A DNA stretch of 64,000 nt. It comes from Candidatus Krumholzibacteriia bacterium. GTDB taxonomy: Bacteria; Krumholzibacteriota; Krumholzibacteriia; LZORAL124-64-63. How positions within the stretch are numbered: position 1 is the first letter of the stretch; each line of letters begins with the position of its first letter. The notes beneath the pieces are model-generated. The model was given only the letters and a program-made list of their open reading frames with translations. It made no database searches and was not told where the DNA came from. Made by a program: the position numbers and the translations under genes. Below, piece after piece: positions 57,456 to 64,000 of the stretch. Location: NCBI GenBank assembly GCA_050174015.1, contig JBFXKG010000004.1:1-64000 (forward strand), written 5' to 3'.

Positions 57456-59270
57456 TCATTTAACGAGAACCGCCCGCTTCGTCTCCACCTGCCCCCCAGC
57501 CTCGAGCCGGAAGAAGTAGGTCCCGCTGGCAACCTGCCGGCCCGACTCGTCCCTGCCGTCCCAGACGGCCTCGTGGCGCCCCTGGGGGAAGACCTGGTCG
57601 CTTAGCAGGGTTATGACCAACCTGCCCTGAAGGTCGAACACGTGCAGGCTCACGGCCTCCTGGGCCGGCAGTTCGAAGGCCACGGTCGTGGTGGGGTTGA
57701 ACGGATTGGGGACGGGGCCGAAAAGGACGGGTTTCACCGCTCCCCCCTGAAAGGGCGGCCGGTCCTCGTCCAGCCAGCCGGTCACGGGCCAGCTCATGGG
57801 GCCGACCGCTGCCACTCCCCCACCCAGCTTCTCGAACGGAAGCTCGGCCGTGTCCACCAGCAGGGTGTCCCCCAGGCTTGCCGAGACCCGGTAAGTGTAG
57901 GTCCCAGCCGGTGCCGCAGCAGGGACCTCCTGGACGATCCCGATCCGGGTCCGCACCGATGCCCCCGCCAAGGTCACCCCCGGCAGCGTCATCACGGGGT
58001 ACGCCGTGCCGTCGGGAAGAACCGCCTCAATGGTGAGGTCCGCCACGATGTCGGTCCCTGTATTGTTCTCGATGCTGGCGTCGTACAGGAAGCTGCCACC
58101 GGTCTCGGGGATGATGATGGTTGAGTCCTGGGGAGCCAGGGATACGACCAGATCGCTGTCACCGGTGGCGAAGGGGGTGTAGAGGACCTCGGCGTAGGCC
58201 CAAACTGGATCATCGTGCCAATCCCAAATCCATTCGGCTATCTGGGCAGAATCAACCGTTCCCCAGAAGTTTCCCCTCAGGTCGTGCGTCACCCCTCCAG
58301 TGCTAAAATGCTGAGTGCAAAGGACGGCATACTCGCTTGAGCCGTTTTGAAGTTCCGAAAAGCGAATGGAAGATGGTCCAACATTTTCCAGATTCACCAC
58401 GCTTCGGGATCCTCCCCGAAGGATCGAATTGGTTATCAAAAAACTATTCCCGGTTCCATTGGAGTTAACAGCGTCCATTCCGCCGGCGATATCACAGTGA
58501 TCCATTTGCATAAACACCCCACCAGGACGCAAAACTACTCCCACTCCGTATACATCAAATACCCGACAACGGGAAACCACCACATGGCTTCCAGTTGTTA
58601 CTGTAATCCCATGCCCCCCTCCGTACATATCACAATCAAAAATTTGCACATTATGAGGACCTTGTATTTGGGGCGGACTATTATCAAACGTACAACCATC
58701 AATTATAATCTCTTCGCCATACCCTAATAACAGAATCCCGTCACTATACAAAATATCCGACTCGAAATGTGAATCCCAAACCCCTCCTCCGGCTTCTGTT
58801 GAATACCACTGAATCCCCGTCACTGTTTCCTTGATAGTACAATTCTCAACGAATAATTTCCCATAATCATCATGGACTCCAACATTGACATTTTGCACAG
58901 TCAAGCCAACTATCCGCAAATCCCCAGATTCAGGAAAAGCTATCCCAATATTCACATCACCGGAATATATGGAGGGGCCGATTTGAGTGCTGGTTTCCCC
59001 GGATCCAATTATTGTTACATTGGCACTTCTTATACATCCCGCAACATCAAACCAACCACCTGCATTGGGAAGGTACTGCAAGTTCATCTCAGGGAATTCC
59101 CCCGACCCAATCAGAACCGTATCCCCGGCCGCAGCGGCATCCAGCGCCGGCTGCAGGGTCGCGAAATCCCCGCTACCATCCCGCTCCACCCGGATCACAG
59201 CCGCCTGGGATGCCCACGATCCGGCCGTTAACAGGAGAAGGCACAAGCTTCCAAAAAACTTCAATCTCAT
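57456..59270 (-). CDS. Secreted beta-helix + Ig-like + FlgD-like CTD protein
   Basis: IRVERDGSGDF..GDTV, xCxF rungs, NFWGT, PNPFNP..WDGRD. Confidence 0.88.
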   Translation of the reverse strand: MRLKFFGSLCLLLLTAGSWASQAAVIRVERDGSGDFATLQPALDAAAAGDTVLIGSGEFPEMNLQYLPNAGGWFDVAGCIRSANVTIIGSGETSTQIGPSIYSGDVNIGIAFPESGDLRIVGLTVQNVNVGVHDDYGKLFVENCTIKETVTGIQWYSTEAGGGVWDSHFESDILYSDGILLLGYGEEIIIDGCTFDNSPPQIQGPHNVQIFDCDMYGGGHGITVTTGSHVVVSRCRVFDVYGVGVVLRPGGVFMQMDHCDIAGGMDAVNSNGTGNSFLITNSILRGGSRSVVNLENVGPSSIRFSELQNGSSEYAVLCTQHFSTGGVTHDLRGNFWGTVDSAQIAEWIWDWHDDPVWAYAEVLYTPFATGDSDLVVSLAPQDSTIIIPETGGSFLYDASIENNTGTDIVADLTIEAVLPDGTAYPVMTLPGVTLAGASVRTRIGIVQEVPAAAPAGTYTYRVSASLGDTLLVDTAELPFEKLGGGVAAVGPMSWPVTGWLDEDRPPFQGGAVKPVLFGPVPNPFNPTTTVAFELPAQEAVSLHVFDLQGRLVITLLSDQVFPQGRHEAVWDGRDESGRQVASGTYFFRLEAGGQVETKRAVLVK

Positions 59271-59301
59271 CGCTGATCCTCATTCCAGCCCCCTCGAACC
59301 T

Positions 59302-59987
59302 TCATTTTACCATAATCATCCGGTGATTTAAAGTTTTATCACCAGCCCGAATCTGGGCAAAGTACACCCCGCTGCTGGCAGGCTGGCCCCTGTCATCTCG
59401 CCCCCACCACTCCAGATCGTGGTACCCCGCCTCGAGAAAGCCCACCTTGAAATCCCTCACCAACCGACCCCGAAGATCGAAGATCCGCACGGTACATTCG
59501 CATGCCTTCGGCAGGGCAAGCTGGATGGTGGCAACCGGGTTAAAGGGATTGGGGTACGAGGAGACCCCCAGCACCTTGGGCAACGCCTCGTCCTCTGCCT
59601 CGTCTTGGTCATCCCGCTGGTTTTTGGCCAGCATGCTCGAGTCCCGAACGCAGAACTCCGGTTCCATCAGCACCTGGCAACCGGAGCTCACCTTCACCCA
59701 CTCCTCACCATCGGCGGTCACGAAGTAGGCGGACCGGTGCGGGACGTTCTGATACCCCACACCCAAGGGCAACCCCTCCTGCGGGGGGACATATCCTGCG
59801 GGATACTGCATGATCAGAAACAGGCTGCCCGACAGACTGGCCACGGGCTCGGAAAACTCCACTTCCGACCAATCCTCGGGTTGTCCGTGGACACTATCAG
59901 CCACCGCAACGGCTTCACTCAGCTGGGGAGGGAACAAGCCCGAGCCACTGGCCACCAGAACCCGGAAATAGGCCGATTCGACTCCCC
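59302..59987 (-). pseudogene. 5'-truncated FlgD-CTD protein gene
   Basis: No signal peptide or RBS; frame stays open to the IS end at 59988; PNPFNP..SSGVYF. Confidence 0.7.
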
Positions 59988-60262
59988 TGTAGAGCCCACT
60001 TATTCTGTCGCCCTGTCTGACGATTAATCATGTGACATGTTCCCCGTCGATCGCCAGCAGTCCGTAATCCAATAACACCTGCTCCACGGCCCGGCGATGG
60101 GCGCTGTTCCTGCCTCGTCTGGTCTTGGCTTCATTGTACAGCTTCTGTTCCAGTCGGTCCACTTCCCTGCCGAACGCTTCGCGGCTGGGGAGCCTTTGCC
60201 CCCGCTGCTGGTGGGCCTCGTTGGCAGTCAGACCGCCAAAGGCCGGGCGCGGTGCCGGCCTC
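59988..60262 (-). mobile_element. IS remnant (3' end of DDE transposase plus terminus; IS481/IS3-like)
   Basis: RPAFGGLTANE..RRAVEQVLLDYGL resembles integrase-core tail; TGT terminus at 59988 coincides with gene truncation. Confidence 0.55.
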
Positions 60263-60275
60263 GCAGTATCCCGAA

Positions 60276-61085
60276 TCAGGGCAGCGTCCCGTAGACCCTC
60301 ACGTAGTCGACGAGCATGGTCTGGGGAAAGACGGTGGTCTCGTCGGGGTTGCCGGGCCAGCGTCCGCCCACGGCGACGTTCAGCAGGACGAAGAAGGGAT
60401 GGTCGTAGACCCAGGTCGCCCCCGCGGGCATCTCCGCCCGCTTGACCGAGTGATAGGTGTAGCCGTCCACGGTCCAGACGATGGAGTCGGGGGTCCAGTC
60501 GACGGCGAACTCGTGGAAACCCAGGTTGAACCCGCCCTGGGAGATCTCGTGGCGGGAGCCGATGGCGTTGTTGCCGGAATGGCCCGGGCCGTGGATGGTG
60601 CCGTGGATGACCCGGGGCTCGTGGCCCCGGTACTCCATGACGTCGATCTCGCCGCAGGCGGGCCAGCCCACCTCGTCGATGTCGCGGCCCAGCATCCAGA
60701 AGGCGGGCCAGATGCCCTGGCCGACGGGCAGCTTGATGCGGGCCTCGAACCGGCCGTAGGCGCGCTCGAACAGGCCCTTGGTCTTGATGCGGCCCGAGGT
60801 GTAGGGCTGTCCTTCGTACTCCTGCTCCCGGGCCGTGATGGCCAGGTTGCCCTCGCCGTCCAGGCTGACGTTCTCGGCCAGATCCGTGTCCCATTCGAGC
60901 TGGGCGTTGCCCCAGCCGGTGCCCGTGTCGAACGCCCAGCGGCCGGGGTCGGGCAGTTGGCCGGCCGGGCCGTCGAACTCGTCCTGCCAGATCAGGCCGT
61001 ACTCGGGGGCCACGTCGTCCTCCTTGCAGCCCGCCGCGGCGAGGACCAGGGCGAGGCAGGCCAGCGCCGTGAATCTGCGCGTCAT
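60276..61085 (-). CDS. GH16 laminarinase-like lipoprotein
   Basis: Lipobox AAAGC; WQDEFDG, WPAFWMLG, GEIDVME. Confidence 0.93.
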   Translation of the reverse strand: MTRRFTALACLALVLAAAGCKEDDVAPEYGLIWQDEFDGPAGQLPDPGRWAFDTGTGWGNAQLEWDTDLAENVSLDGEGNLAITAREQEYEGQPYTSGRIKTKGLFERAYGRFEARIKLPVGQGIWPAFWMLGRDIDEVGWPACGEIDVMEYRGHEPRVIHGTIHGPGHSGNNAIGSRHEISQGGFNLGFHEFAVDWTPDSIVWTVDGYTYHSVKRAEMPAGATWVYDHPFFVLLNVAVGGRWPGNPDETTVFPQTMLVDYVRVYGTLP

Positions 61086-62344
61086 CGCTCGGTCTCCTCG
61101 ACGGCGGGGACGGGGATCTCCGGGAACAGCCGGGAGTCGCCGAGGCTCGCCTTCAGGACCAGGGTGGCCGCCCCGATGGCCACCGACTTCGGGCCCAGAT
61201 CGCTGATCACGATGTCGGCGGCGGCCATCGAGCTGATGAGGGTGCGGTTCTTCACCCGGTCACGCAGGGGATCGAGCAGCAGGTCGCCCAGCTTGACCAG
61301 GTCTCCGCCCAGCACGACCACCGACGGGTTCATGAGGTTCAGCAGGCCGGCCACGGCCGTGCCCAGATGCTTGGCGACCTCACCCACGACCTTCAGGGCC
61401 AGGGGATCTCCAGCCAGGGCGGCATCCTCGATCTCGTGGACGGTGAACGTCCGCCCCGCCAGGGCGCTGTCCGGGAATTCGGGCAACAGTTCGGCGGCGC
61501 GTTCCTGCAGGGCCTGCCCCCCGACCAGGGTGGCCAGGCAGCCGCGTAGGCCGCAGATGCAGCGCTTGCCCTGGGGATCGATGGCCAGATGGCCGATCTC
61601 CCCCGCGACGCCGGTGGCCCCCCGGTAGATCTCGCCGCCGATGATGTGCCCCGACCCCACGCCAGTGGCGACCTTGATGTAGGCCAGGTGGTCGACGCCG
61701 CCGCCCTGGCCCCACCAGTGCTCGGCCAGGGCGCCCAGGTTGGCGTCGTTGTCCACGAAGATGGGCACCCCGAACCGCTCGCCCAGACCCTCGAGGCCGT
61801 GGCGTCCCTCCCAGGCGGGCATGACCACCCTGGACAGGCCGTCGGGCCGAGAGGGATCCACCGGGCTGGGCACCGCGACGCCGATGCCCACCAGGGGGCG
61901 TCCCCCGGCGGGGGAGGATTCCAGGCAACGCGCACAGAGCTCGGCGATGAGGCGACGGGTCCCCACGGGATCCGACCGCACCGGATGACCCCGGGTCTCC
62001 CAGGCCAGCACGCGGCCCCGCAGGTCCGTCAGGGCGACGGCCACGTGGGCCCCGCCCATCTCCACTCCCAGGATGACGCAGGAATCGTCGCGGAATCCGA
62101 GCACGATGGGGCGGCGCCCCCCCCGGGAGGGCCCTTCGCCGATCTCGGACACCAGACCCAGGGGCAGGATCTCGCCCACCACCTCGGACACGGTGGACCG
62201 GGACAGGCCCGCCAGGCGGGCGATCTCCGCGCGGGAGATCCGCCGTTCGTTCCAGATCAGGCGCAGGACGGCATCCGCCAGGGGACGGGGATGATCGGGC
62301 GCCGAGCGTCTCAGGCCCTTCCAGATGGGATTCTCGTTGAACAA
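61082..62344 (-). CDS. ROK-family transcriptional repressor (NagC/XylR-like)
   Basis: SRAEIA..LSRSTVS HTH, GGRRP, DNDAN, GEIGH, CICGLRGC. Confidence 0.93.
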   Translation of the reverse strand: MFNENPIWKGLRRSAPDHPRPLADAVLRLIWNERRISRAEIARLAGLSRSTVSEVVGEILPLGLVSEIGEGPSRGGRRPIVLGFRDDSCVILGVEMGGAHVAVALTDLRGRVLAWETRGHPVRSDPVGTRRLIAELCARCLESSPAGGRPLVGIGVAVPSPVDPSRPDGLSRVVMPAWEGRHGLEGLGERFGVPIFVDNDANLGALAEHWWGQGGGVDHLAYIKVATGVGSGHIIGGEIYRGATGVAGEIGHLAIDPQGKRCICGLRGCLATLVGGQALQERAAELLPEFPDSALAGRTFTVHEIEDAALAGDPLALKVVGEVAKHLGTAVAGLLNLMNPSVVVLGGDLVKLGDLLLDPLRDRVKNRTLISSMAAADIVISDLGPKSVAIGAATLVLKASLGDSRLFPEIPVPAVEETER

Positions 62345-62401
62345 CGGTCGACCTCTCGCTCGCCCGGACAGGATCTCACACCATCGACACAGGCCCCAAT
62401 A

Positions 62402-63802
62402 CTATTGGCGCCAGTACAGGTTGTCCACCAGGACGAGCTGGGCGCTGTCGGTGCTCAGCACCAGCTGGCCGATGTGGGCCCAGGGGTCGGCGACCGGCGG
62501 CTGGAACGCGAAGTCGTCCAGGGGGATGTCCAGGGACGACCAGCCGCCGCTGTTGAATGCCGGCGTGGTGGTCGCATCGAACTCCAGTTCGGTCTGGCCT
62601 CGGAAGAGCCCCGTGTCGCTGAAGGTCACGAACTTGACCCGGAATTCCGTCCCCACCGGGGCGTAGACGTCCAGGTGGAAGTGGGTCATGGCCGAGGCGT
62701 CGATCATGGGATCGGAGAACACGATGCCAACGAAGTTGAGCGTCGAGTACATGCGCGTGCTGTTGCCGTCCACGGCGAAGAGTTCGTCCTGGGTGGTGGA
62801 GTACTGCCAGTGGGGGTTCCAGCTCTCCACGGCGACGTCGTTGTAGGCGTCGCTGAAGAGGGAGATCACCTGGTTGGCCGGATGGGTGGGGGTCGGTGCA
62901 GGGCCGGCGGGCGCCTGGAAACCGGACACGACCACCTCGCCGTCCACCTCGACGTCGCCGAGCAGGGCCGTCACCGTGGCGTCGCCCACGCCGATCACCT
63001 CGACACCCCGCCGGGTGACCCGGGCCACCGCGGGGTCGGAGGACCGGAAGTCGAAATACCCCGGCATGTGGTTGACGGTCACCGGAGCCCCGTCGACGTC
63101 GAACACGGTGGAGGTGCCCGAGAGGTTCACCACCGAGCCGATGAAGTACTGCTTGTTGCTCGAGGGCATGGCGGGCCGCGGGTTCGTGATGTTGCCCAGC
63201 TTCGCGAACCGGATCTCGTCGAACCAGAGGTTGTAGCCGGCGGGGAACTGGGCTTCGCGCCCCTCGGCGAAGGTGAACATGCCGCGCTCGGAAAGCAGCT
63301 TGGCGGGATTGGGAACGGGAACGACCACGAACTTCCAGCCGGCGTTGAGGGCCACGTTCGCGCGTCCTGCCGAGAACAGCGACGTGCCGGTGTTGTCGTT
63401 GCCGAAGCCCAGCTCGTTCATGGTGACGTTCTGGTCGGCCCGGGCGTAGAAGGTCAGCGCGTTGTAGTCGGCCAGATCGCGGGGCGCCCCGGTGGTGAGC
63501 ACGCCGCCGGAATAGGTTCCCAGCGCCGCGCCGTCGGGCGCCACCCGGACCTTCAGGGAGCGCGCGCCGTCCTGGGCCTGCCCGCCGTAGGCGAAGACCG
63601 AATCCCGGCTCACCGACCAGATGTCGGTCTGCGAGAACGCCTGGAAGTAGACCCCGTCGCCGTACCCGTCGGCGAAGACCACCGGGTCCGTGTTGCCCCG
63701 GCCCATGGGCAAGCCGGTGGGGTCGTGGTCGCTGCATCCGGCGGAAAGGATCAGGGGCAGGATCGCCGCGACGGCGAACAGGTGGCGTCGGTTCAGGTTC
63801 AC
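62402..63802 (-). CDS. Glycan-binding-like lipoprotein (CBM-like + Ig/Big_2 + CBM-like)
   Basis: Lipobox LSAGC; SSDPAVA Ig motif; VISLFSDAY; GTG with GGAGG RBS. Confidence 0.75.
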   Translation of the reverse strand: MNLNRRHLFAVAAILPLILSAGCSDHDPTGLPMGRGNTDPVVFADGYGDGVYFQAFSQTDIWSVSRDSVFAYGGQAQDGARSLKVRVAPDGAALGTYSGGVLTTGAPRDLADYNALTFYARADQNVTMNELGFGNDNTGTSLFSAGRANVALNAGWKFVVVPVPNPAKLLSERGMFTFAEGREAQFPAGYNLWFDEIRFAKLGNITNPRPAMPSSNKQYFIGSVVNLSGTSTVFDVDGAPVTVNHMPGYFDFRSSDPAVARVTRRGVEVIGVGDATVTALLGDVEVDGEVVVSGFQAPAGPAPTPTHPANQVISLFSDAYNDVAVESWNPHWQYSTTQDELFAVDGNSTRMYSTLNFVGIVFSDPMIDASAMTHFHLDVYAPVGTEFRVKFVTFSDTGLFRGQTELEFDATTTPAFNSGGWSSLDIPLDDFAFQPPVADPWAHIGQLVLSTDSAQLVLVDNLYWRQ

Positions 63803-63855
63803 GTCATGCGCCTCCGGGATGGGTCCGGGCGGGGCAACGGGGCCCCGAATGCCGC

Positions 63856-63913
63856 GGGGCATACTTTGTGCGGCGTCCGATCAAAGTATGCCCCAGCAAG
63901 GGGACCCTGTCAA
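63856..63913 (-). promoter_or_regulatory. 27-bp operator overlapping TTGACA-17-CATACT promoter
   Basis: TACTTTGTGCGGCGTCCGATCAAAGTA at 63862..63888 inside 13-bp inverted arms. Confidence 0.75.
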
Positions 63914-64000
63914 GGTGGGTAAGCGGGTTCCGATCCAGGCCGGAGGAAATCAGCCGGCCTGCTCCGCGGCCCTGTCTTCGGCCCCGGGACCAGCCGCCGC

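Noticed and set aside
57340..60275. Target-site duplication around the third beta-helix locus
   Set aside because: No convincing direct repeat found by eye.

Overview
GC-rich (about 65-70%) diderm bacterial DNA. Many secreted proteins end either in an FlgD-Ig/T9SS-like C-terminal domain or in a short 'W/F-G/S-x-x-K-x-x-F-R' tail, which tentatively suggests an FCB-group lineage such as Krumholzibacteriota or Latescibacterota. (1) 3.5-27.2 kb is a hydrogen-metabolism island: hypCDE, a group 3b [NiFe] operon ending in protease-receiver-membrane kinase-ACT protein, hydE/F/G, and rex-hydCBA followed by a sensory [FeFe]-hydrogenase/histidine-kinase fusion, a receiver and a hybrid kinase. Rex-like boxes lie at both control regions. 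(2) 27-44 kb holds secreted and housekeeping genes. (3) 42-64 kb is a split beta-1,3-glucan regulon (GH149 phosphorylase, GH1, two GH16, a GH-A/beta-barrel fusion, CBM-like proteins, ROK repressor) united by three copies of a 27-bp palindromic operator. Three paralogous beta-helix genes have GC-rich ends and AT-rich, sense-strand C-depleted cores, and each is preceded by a broken gene. One sits in a 1.8-kb segment bounded by a perfect 14-bp direct repeat and another lies next to an IS remnant. No rRNA, tRNA or CRISPR was seen. All product calls come from motif recognition, not database searches.
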